From: Bordetella parapertussis
Lineage (GTDB): Bacteria > Pseudomonadota > Gammaproteobacteria > Burkholderiales > SG8-39
Direction: 5' to 3'
Length of the DNA: 43,276 nucleotides
Assembly (NCBI GenBank): GCA_945885335.1
Contig: CAMCYY010000001.1
Coordinates: 1 to 43,276 of the forward strand
The translations under genes were made by a program, and so were the position numbers. The notes below the pieces were generated by a model. The model was not told the DNA's origin. It saw only the letters and a program-made list of their open reading frames with translations, and did not search any database. Of this stretch, positions 35,518-43,276 are shown one piece after another. Every line of letters starts with the position of its first letter. The first letter of the stretch is position 1.

Positions 35518-36321
35518 CTATTCCCCGGTGAACACCGGCTTCCTTTTCTCCAGGAAAGCGGCCACCGACTCCTTGTGGTCCTTCGACAGCCCGACCACGG
35601 GCTGATAGTCCTGCTCGGCGCGAAAGCAGGCCTCCAGCGTGTGATAGCTGTTGATCATGGCCGACTTCGTGAGTGCGAAGGCCAGCGGCGGCACGGCTGC
35701 GAAGCGCTCGGCGGCAATCATGGCCGCCTCCAGCGTTTTGCCCGGCGCAACCACTTCATGCACCACGCCATGCTTTTCCGCCTCGATGCCATTGATCACC
35801 CGGCCCGAGAGCAGCAGTTCGCGGGCCCGGCCCGGGCCGCAGCGGGCGGCAAGCAGGTAGTACAGGCCGCCATCCGGGCACAGCCCGCGCAGGATCTGCG
35901 CACCGCACAGGCGGGCATTGTCGGCGGCCACGGTGTAGTCGCCGCCGATGGCGAGCGAAAACCCGGCGCCGAAGGCCGCACCTTCGACTGCCATCACCAC
36001 CGGCTTGGGCCCCACGAGGATTCGGACCGTCTTGCTGGTGCCCTCGTACACGCTGGCGCGCCGGCTGAGAAAATCCATCTCGCCCTTTTTCTTCATGCCC
36101 GAAACGTCGGCCCCGGCGCAAAACGTGCCGCCCGCGCCGGTAATGACGATGGCGCGGCAGGTCTTGTCGGCCATGAGTTCAGCCAGGTTGCCGTTCAGGC
36201 CTAGGCGCACGTTCGGCGACAGCGCATTGCGCCGCGCCAGGTTGTGGATGGTGAGGACGGCAATGCCGCCCTCGCGCTTTAGCTGGGTTTCGTTGATTTC
36301 AGGCGTGTTGTTTTCGCTCAT
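35518..36321 (-). CDS. Enoyl-CoA hydratase/isomerase (crotonase) family protein
   Basis: 267 aa with ITGAGGTFCAGADV and AVEGAAFGAGFSLA oxyanion-hole motifs. Confidence 0.85.
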   Translation of the reverse strand: MSENNTPEINETQLKREGGIAVLTIHNLARRNALSPNVRLGLNGNLAELMADKTCRAIVITGAGGTFCAGADVSGMKKKGEMDFLSRRASVYEGTSKTVRILVGPKPVVMAVEGAAFGAGFSLAIGGDYTVAADNARLCGAQILRGLCPDGGLYYLLAARCGPGRARELLLSGRVINGIEAEKHGVVHEVVAPGKTLEAAMIAAERFAAVPPLAFALTKSAMINSYHTLEACFRAEQDYQPVVGLSKDHKESVAAFLEKRKPVFTGE

Positions 36322-36414
36322 GGTCCGCTCCTCATTTTTTATGAATGGCCTTGGAGCGAGACTAGCAAATTACGGGCGGCGGCGGCGCAGTGCGTCATGC
36401 ACCGGTAACCTTCA

Positions 36415-36960
36415 ATGGTGGATAATCTTTCCACCATGCCGCCCCAATCACCCCCGGCCATCATCGACATCGAAGCCTCCGGCTTCGGCCATGGCAGCTA
36501 CCCCATCGAGATCGGCGCGATACTGCGCGACGGCACGAAGTACTGCTCGCTGATTCTTCCCTCTCCGGACTGGACGCACTGGGATGAAGAAGCGGAGAAT
36601 TTGCACCACATCACGCGCGACATTCTGCAGACCCATGGCAAACCCATCGCCGAGGTGGTGCGCGCGCTGAATGAGATCCTGCGCAACCAGACCGCCTATT
36701 CGGACGGCTGGGGCGTGGACAAGACCTGGCTGGACCACCTGTTCTACACGGCGGGCATTCGCTGCGAGTTCTCACTGAGTTCGCTGGAGATGATCCTCTC
36801 CGAGCCACAGATGGAAATCTGGCACGAGACCAAGGACCAGGTGTTGCGCGACCTCGGGCAGAAACGCCATCGCGCCAGCTTCGATGCCCAGGTCATCCAG
36901 GAAACCTACCAGCGCACGCGCCAGGCCGCAATGCGACGCGCACCTGAGCAACGCACCTGA
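36415..36960 (+). CDS. DnaQ-like DEDDh 3'-5' exonuclease-fold protein
   Basis: 181 aa (alternative start ATG 36436). IDIEASG is ExoI, YSDGWGVDKTWL is ExoII, and HRASFDAQV is ExoIII H-x4-D. Confidence 0.68.
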   Translation: MVDNLSTMPPQSPPAIIDIEASGFGHGSYPIEIGAILRDGTKYCSLILPSPDWTHWDEEAENLHHITRDILQTHGKPIAEVVRALNEILRNQTAYSDGWGVDKTWLDHLFYTAGIRCEFSLSSLEMILSEPQMEIWHETKDQVLRDLGQKRHRASFDAQVIQETYQRTRQAAMRRAPEQRT

Positions 36961-36993
36961 GCAGCGCGCCTGGCCACGGACAGGCCGCGCTGC
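36961..36993 (+). terminator. GC-rich hairpin immediately after the exonuclease-like gene
   Basis: GCAGCGCGCCTG-gccacgga-CAGGCCGCGCTGC, a 12-bp stem with one bulge. No clean U-run follows. Confidence 0.4.
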
Positions 36994-37082
36994 CGTGAGA
37001 CTTTATATCGCCTGATTATTATCAGTTACGATTTAGACCCGTTTATTCAAAAGCAATCACACAATAATTAATATCACGATCG

Positions 37083-39269
37083 TCAAACAGGCTCCAGCTT
37101 GGCAAAGGCCAGCGCCAGCCACTTCATGCCCTGCCGTCCGAAGTTGATCTGAAGACGCGCGTCGGCACCCTGGCCCTCCGAACTCACGATCACGCCCTGG
37201 CCGAATTTGGCATGCCTGACGTTCTGGCCGATGTGGAAGCCGTGGCCGGGTGATTTGGGCACATAGGGTTTGGGAGGAAGATTCACCGGCGTCGTCGGCC
37301 ACTCCGCGGCCGGCGCCATCCAGGCGGCCTGGCCGCGCAGCTTTGGTGTCAGCCACTTCACGAGGCCTTCGGGCACCTCGTCGATGAAGCGCGATGCGAC
37401 GTTGTAGCGCGTCTGGCCGTGCAACAGGCGGGTCTGCGCAAACGACAGGTAGAGCCGCGTCCTGGCCCGTGTGATGGCCACATACATCAGGCGGCGCTCT
37501 TCCTCGAGGCCATCGTCCTCATTCACGCTCTGCTCGTGCGGGAACAGGCCTTCTTCAAGGCCGGTGATGAACACGGCATGGAACTCCAGGCCCTTGGCCG
37601 AGTGCACCGTCATCATCTGCAGCGCGTCCTGCCCTTCGGCGGCCTGGTTCTCGCCGGACTCCAGCACGGCATGTGCGAGGAAGGTGCCCAGATCGTTGCC
37701 ATCGACCGGTTCACCCTCAGGTCCCTGCCCGCTCTGGGCTTCCTGCATGAAAGAAGCCGCGGCATTGATGAGTTCGTTCAGGTTCTCGACGCGGTCGGCA
37801 CCATCGCGCTCGGCCCTGTAATGAGCGATGAGGCCGCTTTTCTCCAGCATGTGCTCGACGACTTCGGGCAGCGGCAGCCCGGCAGTTTCGGTTTTCAGCG
37901 ACTCGATAATGCGCGTGAAACCGGCCAGCACCGTGCCGGCCTTGCCGGCCAGCAGCGGCACTGCGGCGTACAGGCTGGTGCCATGCACCTGCGCGGCATC
38001 CTGCAATTGCTCGATGGAGCGCGCACCAATGCCGCGCGTCGGGAAGTTCACCACGCGAAGAAAGGCGCCGGCATCTTCGGGGCTGGCCAGGAGGCGCAGA
38101 TAGGCCAGCGCATGCTTGATTTCCATGCGCTCGAAAAAGCGCAGCCCGCCGTACACGCGATACGGAATGCCCTGCGAGAACAGCGCATGCTCCAGCACGC
38201 GCGACTGCGCGTTGGAGCGATACAGGATGGCGATGTCGCGGCGCATGTGGCCGTCATTCACCAGGCTTTGCACCTCTTGGGCAATCCACGCGGCCTCGTA
38301 GCCGTCGCTTTGCGCCTCGTAGATGCGCAGCGGCTCGCCCTCGCCTGCTGCGGTCCACAGGTTCTTGCCCAAGCGCTTGGCGTTGTTCGCGATCAGCGCA
38401 TTCGCCGCGGACAGGATGTGGCCATGCGAGCGGTAGTTCTGCTCCAGGCGGATGACGTTCTCCACCTTGTAGTCGCGCTCGAAGTCACCCATGTTGCCGA
38501 CGTTCGCGCCGCGGAAGCGATAAATGGACTGGTCATCGTCGCCGACTGCGAACAGGCAGGTGGCAGGGCCGCCCAACAGTTTCAGCCAGCGGTACTGGAG
38601 GCGGTTGGTGTCCTGGAACTCATCGACGAGGATGTGGCGAAAACGGTTCTGGTAATGCTCGCGCAGGATTTCATTGCGTGACAGCACCTCGAAGGTGCGC
38701 AGCAGCAGCTCGGAGAAATCGACCACGCCCTCCTTCTGGCACTGCTCCTCGTAGGCGGCATAGATCTCCACTGAACGACGGCTGAAATCGTCGTACACCT
38801 CGGTCTGCGCCGCGCGCTTGCCCTCTTCTTTCGCCGCGTTGATGAAGTACTGCACCTGTCGCGGCGGGAACTTGTCTTCGTCCACTTGCATGGCTCGCAG
38901 CACGCGCTTGATGGCGGCAAGCTGGTCCTGCGAGTCGAGAATCTGGAACAACTGCGGCAGGCCGGCTTCCTTGTAGTGGGTTCGGAGGAAACGGTTGCAC
39001 AGGCCATGGAAGGTGCCCACCCACATACCGCGCGTATTGATCGGCAACTGCGCGGAAATGCGCGTCAGCATTTCCTTCGCCGCCTTGTTCGTAAAGGTCA
39101 CCGCGAGCAGACCGCCCGGACTGACATTGCCGGTCTGGATCAGCCAGGCAATGCGCGTGGTCAGCACGCGGGTTTTTCCGGAGCCGGCGCCGGCAAGGAT
39201 CAGCGCATGCTGGTTCGGCAGGGTGACGGCGGCAAGTTGTTCGGGATTCAGGTTGTCGAGCAGGGACAT
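37083..39269 (-). CDS. uvrD: DNA helicase II UvrD
   Basis: The start is taken at ATG 39269 (MSLLDNLNPEQLAAV). Motifs are AGAGSGKT, VDEFQDTN, TVHSAKGLEF and VAITRAR, plus the conserved C-terminal GQ.V.H..FG.G tail. 728 aa. Confidence 0.93.
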   Translation of the reverse strand: MSLLDNLNPEQLAAVTLPNQHALILAGAGSGKTRVLTTRIAWLIQTGNVSPGGLLAVTFTNKAAKEMLTRISAQLPINTRGMWVGTFHGLCNRFLRTHYKEAGLPQLFQILDSQDQLAAIKRVLRAMQVDEDKFPPRQVQYFINAAKEEGKRAAQTEVYDDFSRRSVEIYAAYEEQCQKEGVVDFSELLLRTFEVLSRNEILREHYQNRFRHILVDEFQDTNRLQYRWLKLLGGPATCLFAVGDDDQSIYRFRGANVGNMGDFERDYKVENVIRLEQNYRSHGHILSAANALIANNAKRLGKNLWTAAGEGEPLRIYEAQSDGYEAAWIAQEVQSLVNDGHMRRDIAILYRSNAQSRVLEHALFSQGIPYRVYGGLRFFERMEIKHALAYLRLLASPEDAGAFLRVVNFPTRGIGARSIEQLQDAAQVHGTSLYAAVPLLAGKAGTVLAGFTRIIESLKTETAGLPLPEVVEHMLEKSGLIAHYRAERDGADRVENLNELINAAASFMQEAQSGQGPEGEPVDGNDLGTFLAHAVLESGENQAAEGQDALQMMTVHSAKGLEFHAVFITGLEEGLFPHEQSVNEDDGLEEERRLMYVAITRARTRLYLSFAQTRLLHGQTRYNVASRFIDEVPEGLVKWLTPKLRGQAAWMAPAAEWPTTPVNLPPKPYVPKSPGHGFHIGQNVRHAKFGQGVIVSSEGQGADARLQINFGRQGMKWLALAFAKLEPV

Positions 39270-39411
39270 CGATTGTTTCGTGGATTCTTTGCGGATGAAG
39301 GCAGCGCTGCCTGAACGTCCGATTTTACCGTCCGGCACTTCATGCACTGCAAAAAGAATGCTCGGGAATGCGCCTCGCCAAAGCCCGCGCCATCTGGCAT
39401 CCTAGGCAGCG

Positions 39412-40305
39412 ATGAAAACCCATCCGCCCGCCCTGGAAAAATCACGCCGCAAGGCACTTGCCACGCTCGCCACTCTTTCTGGATGGGCTGCGCTGGGCTT
39501 GCCGCTTGCCGCCGCCGCGCAGACCACATCAGTACCCGAACCGGTGTTCGGCACGCCGGGCAAGGACTCGGGCTGGATCCCGACCCCGGCCGGCATGGTG
39601 GAGGCCATGCTGGAAATGGCCGGCGTCACCGCCACGGACCTGGTGTGCGACCTCGGATCGGGCGACGGCCGCATTCCGCTGCTTGCGGCGAAACGCTACG
39701 GCGCGCGGGGCCTTGGCGTCGAATACAACGGCGACCTGGTGAAGTACTCCGACAGCGTGGCGCTGAAGGAAGGCCTCGCGAATCGCGTGAAGTTCGTGCA
39801 GGGCGACATTTTCGCCACCGACTTCACTCAAGCCACGGTGGTGACGCTGTTCATGCCACCGGATTTCAACCGCAAGATCCGCCCCATGCTGCTCGCCATG
39901 AAGCCGGGCACGCGCGTGGTGGCTTTCAACTTCGGCATGGACGACTGGCAGCCGGATGATTCGGTGTACGTCGATTCCCAGCGCGGCATGCTGTGGCGCG
40001 TACCGGCGAAGGTGGATGGCAACTGGCGGCTCACGTTTGATAGCGCAGAATCTGCGACCTACGCATTGCATATCGAGCAGAAGTTCCAGAAGGTCGCCGG
40101 TCACCTCACCGTCGGCAATGAGCGGTTAACCTTGTGGGACCTCCGATTTGACGTGGACCGGCTCCGTTTTTCCGTGATTCATGACGGCAGGCGCCGGGAC
40201 TTTGACGGGCGCGTCATCACAACCTCGGCGGGGTCAACGCTGGAAGGCCGCATGGAAGCCGGCGGCGAACCGCCGCGCCAGTGGAGAGCCACCCGCGGCG
40301 CATAA
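39412..40305 (+). CDS. Class I SAM-dependent methyltransferase with an N-terminal signal peptide and an extra C-terminal domain
   Basis: 297 aa. MKTHPPALEKSRRKALATLATLSGWAALGLPLAAAAQ is a Tat/Sec-like signal. WIPTP...VCDLGSGDGRIPLLAA...GVEYN...GDIF is the SAM-binding core. About 110 aa of uncharacterised C-terminus follow. Confidence 0.75.
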   Translation: MKTHPPALEKSRRKALATLATLSGWAALGLPLAAAAQTTSVPEPVFGTPGKDSGWIPTPAGMVEAMLEMAGVTATDLVCDLGSGDGRIPLLAAKRYGARGLGVEYNGDLVKYSDSVALKEGLANRVKFVQGDIFATDFTQATVVTLFMPPDFNRKIRPMLLAMKPGTRVVAFNFGMDDWQPDDSVYVDSQRGMLWRVPAKVDGNWRLTFDSAESATYALHIEQKFQKVAGHLTVGNERLTLWDLRFDVDRLRFSVIHDGRRRDFDGRVITTSAGSTLEGRMEAGGEPPRQWRATRGA

Positions 40306-40448
40306 TACGCACGGCGCGGCAAAGCAGACGCGCTCAAGCTAGGAAGCAACGCCCGGGAGAGCGGGCCGGCTGCAACACCCCAGGCATCAACACACACCAA
40401 TGAGAGCGGAGGCGCAGTCCATGCACCCCGCCATTTTCTGGAGGCAAC

Positions 40449-41666
40449 ATGGATTTGAAGCAGGCATTTTCCGGCATCAAGGTGCTGGCGGTAACACGCG
40501 TGGTCGCCGCCCCCTTTGCCGCCTACCAACTCGCCATGCACGGCGCAGACGTGATCCACGTCGAGAACCCCGATGAGGGCGATTCGTCGCGCTGGTCCGG
40601 CAACCTCGGCTCGCCGTTCGAAAAAGTCGGCATGGCGCACACCTTTCTGGCCTTCAATTCCAACAAGCGTTCCCTGACGCTCACCATCAACACGCCGGAA
40701 GGCCAGGCAATTTTCCGCAAGCTGGCAGAGACGGCCGATGTGGTGATCGAGAACCTCAAGGGCGGCACCATGGCGCGCTACGGCCTGGGCTATGAAGACC
40801 TGCGCAAGATCAACAAGGGCATCATTTTCTGCTCGGTGACCGGCTACGGCCAGACCGGACCGAAGAAGAATGATCCGGCCATCGACGGCGTCATCCAGGC
40901 CACCAGCGGCATGATGAGCATCACCGGCACGAAGGAAACCGGCCCGCTGAAAACCGGCTCGACCATCATCGACTACACCACGGGTTATGCCGCAGCATTG
41001 GGCATCGCCACTGCGCTGTTCCAGCGCTCGCGTACCGGCGAAGGCCAGGCCATCGATGTGGCGATGCTGGAGACCGCCATGAACATGATGGGCGGCGAAG
41101 TGGTGCGCTCGATCACGCAGCACGACACCCCGCCGCTGGTGGGCAACGGATCGGGCAAAGGCGGCTTTGTCAGCAACACCTACCCCTGCAAGGAAGGTTA
41201 TCTCGCCATCGCCTGCGGCTCTGCTTCCCGTCGCGTCAAACTGTGGAAAGTGCTGAACCGCCCGGATTTTGAATCCGATCCGCGCATGGCAACGAAGGAA
41301 TCCATCATGCAGAACATCGCTTCACTCGACCGCGAAGTGGAGCACATGCTGCAGGACAAATCCGCCACCGAGTGGGAAGCCCTCCTGAACAAAGGCGGCG
41401 TCTCAGCGATGGAAGTGCGGCAACTGGCTGACTCCGTCAATCATCCCCAACTGGTGGACCGCAAGTTCTTCCACGCCTTCGAAGGCGATGCTGCGCGCGG
41501 CGTGCCGCCCTTCGCAGTACCGACGGCGTCCTACCGCATGTCAGCCAACCCGATGAAAATCCACTCCATGCCGCCGTTGCTCGGGCAGCACACTGATGAG
41601 GTGCTGGCGGAGCATGGGTATTCGAAGGAAGAAATTGCGAAGTTGAGGGCGAACGGGACGGTGTAG
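40449..41666 (+). CDS. Family III (CaiB/BaiF) CoA-transferase
   Basis: 405 aa with GGAGG upstream. VAAPFAAYQLAMHGADVIHVENP and SVTGYGQTGP make it a paralog of 17585-18790. Confidence 0.88.
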   Translation: MDLKQAFSGIKVLAVTRVVAAPFAAYQLAMHGADVIHVENPDEGDSSRWSGNLGSPFEKVGMAHTFLAFNSNKRSLTLTINTPEGQAIFRKLAETADVVIENLKGGTMARYGLGYEDLRKINKGIIFCSVTGYGQTGPKKNDPAIDGVIQATSGMMSITGTKETGPLKTGSTIIDYTTGYAAALGIATALFQRSRTGEGQAIDVAMLETAMNMMGGEVVRSITQHDTPPLVGNGSGKGGFVSNTYPCKEGYLAIACGSASRRVKLWKVLNRPDFESDPRMATKESIMQNIASLDREVEHMLQDKSATEWEALLNKGGVSAMEVRQLADSVNHPQLVDRKFFHAFEGDAARGVPPFAVPTASYRMSANPMKIHSMPPLLGQHTDEVLAEHGYSKEEIAKLRANGTV

Positions 41667-41742
41667 TTTTTCGCGGTTCCGCGAGCAGGTCTAAATGCCG
41701 TCATTCCCGCGAAAGCGGGAGTCCCGCTTTTTTTGGGACCGC

Positions 41743-42112
41743 ATTTCGGCTTCGCCGAGATACTTTTCTTGCTTCGCCAAGAAAAGTATCCAAAAGAAGG
41801 CGACCCCTGAGGTGACGGTTCCGGTGCTTCGCACTGGAACTACCCTGCGATGCTCTGTCGCCGAGGGTGCGCCGGAGCGCGGAGCAGGGCTCCCGCGTAG
41901 CGGGATGCGACCGCGCAGGCGCATGTGGTCACGCGGGACGAGGGCGCACCTGTGTCCCGCTCCCGGGTCGCATCCAGGCGCGTTGCGCCTGGAACCTGCT
42001 CCGCCGTACGCGTGACCTGCGGAACTCGCCGTCTTCGCTTCGCTCGCGGCTCAAACAATCCTCGCGGAAAACTCCTCGGCTCCCTGCGCTTCTCGGCGCC
42101 CCCAAAGGGGAA
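41743..42112 (+). repeat. Family E element, copy E1 (carries a 162-nt palindrome-rich insertion at 41856-42017)
   Basis: Collinear with the reverse complement of 42206-42422, except that 162 nt replace 15 nt. It contains a 13-bp perfect hairpin at 41759-41790. Confidence 0.8.
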
Positions 42113-42205
42113 ACCCTCTGTACGCCAACAACCTGGTTTTTGCTTGCGCGCAATGAACCCCAATATCGTTGAAACCATAGGCGAGCCGATGGTTTGCTGT
42201 TGACC

Positions 42206-42422
42206 TTCCCCTTTGGGGGCGCCGAGAAGCGCAGCGGTCTGAGGGGTCGTCGGCGAGGACTGTCTGAGCCCGCCGAAGGACGGGCGAGTTCCGCAGCCGC
42301 CTCAGACTGCGAGCATCGCAGGGTAGTTTCGGCGCTTTGCGCCGAAACCGGCACCGTAGGGTCGCCTTTCTTTGGTGACTTTCTTTGGCGAAGCAAAGAA
42401 AGTCACTCGGCGAAGCCGAAAT
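42206..42422 (-). repeat. Family E element, copy E2 (inverted relative to E1)
   Basis: The reverse complement starts ATTTCGGCTTCGCCGAG, like E1. It contains a 13-bp perfect hairpin at 42376-42407. Confidence 0.8.
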
Positions 42423-42440
42423 AAAATTTAAGAGGGAAGC

Positions 42441-42488
42441 AAATCCCCCCGCACGCCTGCGGCGTGTCGGCCCCCTTTGACAAGGGGG
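42441..42488 (+). repeat. Family C element, copy C4
   Basis: AAATCCCCCCGCACGCCTGCGGCGTGTCGGCCCCCTTTGACAAGGGGG. Confidence 0.85.
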
Positions 42489-42519
42489 TGGATTCCCGCT
42501 TTCGCGGGAAAGACATCCC

Positions 42520-43276
42520 TTACATCGACACCCGCGGAGCGTCTATCCCCATCTTGCCTTTCAAACTCCCCGCCAGCGCCTCTGCCTCCGCCTTCGAAGG
42601 CAGATTGATCAGCCGCAGCCTGTACACGCTCTTGTCACCGTCAACGGCAGGAAGGATGACGGCCGGATAGCCGGCGGCACGAAACGCGTCGTACAACTTC
42701 AGCGCATCGGCCTGATCATCGGCCGTGGCCAGCGTCACCTTCCAGTGTCCGCCGCGGCGTGCCGCACCCGTTCCGGTTGCAATTTCGGTTTCCGTGGCCC
42801 ATTGCTTCAGTTGTGCCGGGTCCACGGCGCCAACCGGCAGCGATATCCCCTTTTCGCGCACATAGAACTGCAGTGCCTGGTCCATGACAATGGGCGCCTC
42901 GCCCTGAGGCGTGACGTCGATCTTGCCCTCGATCAGGCAGACGATCTGCTTGTCCACACTGGATTTACCCCACAGGTCAGTGCCTCGGATGCCGGCGGTG
43001 ACGGTGGAAACAGTGATGCTCACTTCGCGCTTGCCGCGAAACTTCTGCAGCGTATCGGTGGTGAAGCGGAACGCACCTTCGAACACGCTCATGCTTGCAG
43101 CGAACACATTGCCCGGGCGCATCTGGGCATCGCCCAAGCGGTAAATGGCCTTTTCACCCAGCTTCACCGAGCTGCCGTCCGGCGTGCGCAACAGCAGGCG
43201 TGACTTGACGCCGGTCTTCACCTGAGCGTTCGCCTTGAGCGCCTTGCCCGGATCCCCCGGCACCGGCTGCGCGCCG
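42520..43276 (-). CDS. FecR-like domain protein with a C-terminal SPOR (peptidoglycan-binding) domain; 5' end probably outside the window
   Basis: The frame stays open to the window edge. ...FEGAFRFTT...GIRGTDLWG... is FecR-like. The C-terminal WKVTLATADDQADALKLYDAFRAAGYPAVILP...YRLRLINLPSKAEAEALAGSLK is SPOR-like. Confidence 0.7.
   Translation of the reverse strand, partial: GAQPVPGDPGKALKANAQVKTGVKSRLLLRTPDGSSVKLGEKAIYRLGDAQMRPGNVFAASMSVFEGAFRFTTDTLQKFRGKREVSITVSTVTAGIRGTDLWGKSSVDKQIVCLIEGKIDVTPQGEAPIVMDQALQFYVREKGISLPVGAVDPAQLKQWATETEIATGTGAARRGGHWKVTLATADDQADALKLYDAFRAAGYPAVILPAVDGDKSVYRLRLINLPSKAEAEALAGSLKGKMGIDAPRVSM

Larger units (their letters stand above)
41700..42514. repeat. Coding-free mosaic of nested inverted repeats bounded by 25-bp inverted repeats (family F ends)
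   Basis: GTCATTCCCGCGAAAGCGGGAGTCC (41700-41724) versus the reverse complement of 42490-42514, GTCTTTCCCGCGAAAGCGGGAATCC, with 23/25 identical. The interior holds E1, E2 and C4. All ORFs inside are repeat-derived. Confidence 0.8.

Noticed and set aside
37011-37030. A Fur box (GATAATGATAATCATTATC) in TGATTATTATCAG and the related AT-rich decamers.
   Set aside because: Only one ATTATCA half-site matches. The other half does not, and two of the sites lie between convergent genes where no promoter is expected.
36415-39269. A UvrD-like helicase plus exonuclease as an anti-phage defence pair.
   Set aside because: The helicase is a full-length canonical UvrD with all housekeeping motifs and the conserved C-terminal tail. 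The two genes converge and cannot form an operon.
41695-42424. ORFs of 76-155 aa on both strands inside the mosaic (for example 41929-42396 on the - strand and 41695-42015 on the + strand).
   Set aside because: They overlap each other in several frames and are made of inverted-repeat sequence, so the same peptide motifs (LRFSAPPKGK, TTLRCS) appear on both strands. They have no SD and no coherent codon bias.
24486-42488. Whether the short repeats (families A-F) could be a CRISPR array.
   Set aside because: The copies are kilobases apart, occur in both orientations, are internally palindromic with variable stems, lack regular spacers, and have no cas genes.
41700-42514. A retron msr/msd, a group II intron remnant, or an IS element.
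   Set aside because: There is no reverse transcriptase, maturase or transposase ORF in or next to the region. I see no recognisable intron domain V/VI sequence and no target-site duplication at the 25-bp ends.
1-43276. tRNA, rRNA, tmRNA and known riboswitches.
   Set aside because: Scanning the spacers by eye, I found no T-loop (GGTTCGAATCC-like) or anticodon-arm pattern and no recognisable riboswitch core. This is a weak negative, since no covariance-model search was possible.

Overview
This is a GC-rich chromosomal segment (by eye well above 60% GC, with strongly GC3-skewed codons). It looks betaproteobacterial: it carries five Bug/TctC-type periplasmic binding proteins plus the housekeeping genes ttcA, cca, slt, ilvA, ybiT and uvrD. 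I call 40 protein-coding genes, two of them cut by the window edges. I see no rRNA, tRNA, CRISPR array, integrase, transposase, phage gene or transcription-factor gene, and I could not recognise any canonical defence, secretion or biosynthetic system. Four things stand out. (1) There are at least six families of short, strongly structured intergenic repeats (called A-F here). Several show compensatory base changes between copies. They culminate in an 815-bp coding-free mosaic (41700-42514) bounded by 25-bp inverted repeats. (2) A two-gene module at 20110-21315 pairs a small basic protein with a zinc-ribbon membrane protein carrying HExxH and LDG motifs. It sits behind the most AT-rich spacer of the window, which carries a repeated ATTATGATCA decamer. 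(3) An AT-rich decamer, TTATTATCAG, recurs in otherwise GC-rich spacers. (4) There are some unusual gene architectures: a signal-peptide-bearing SAM methyltransferase, cca translationally coupled to a membrane C13 peptidase, and a GloB-like hydrolase divergent from frmA. All protein calls come from reading the supplied translations by eye. No database search, fold prediction or statistics were run, and identities between repeat copies are eyeball estimates.
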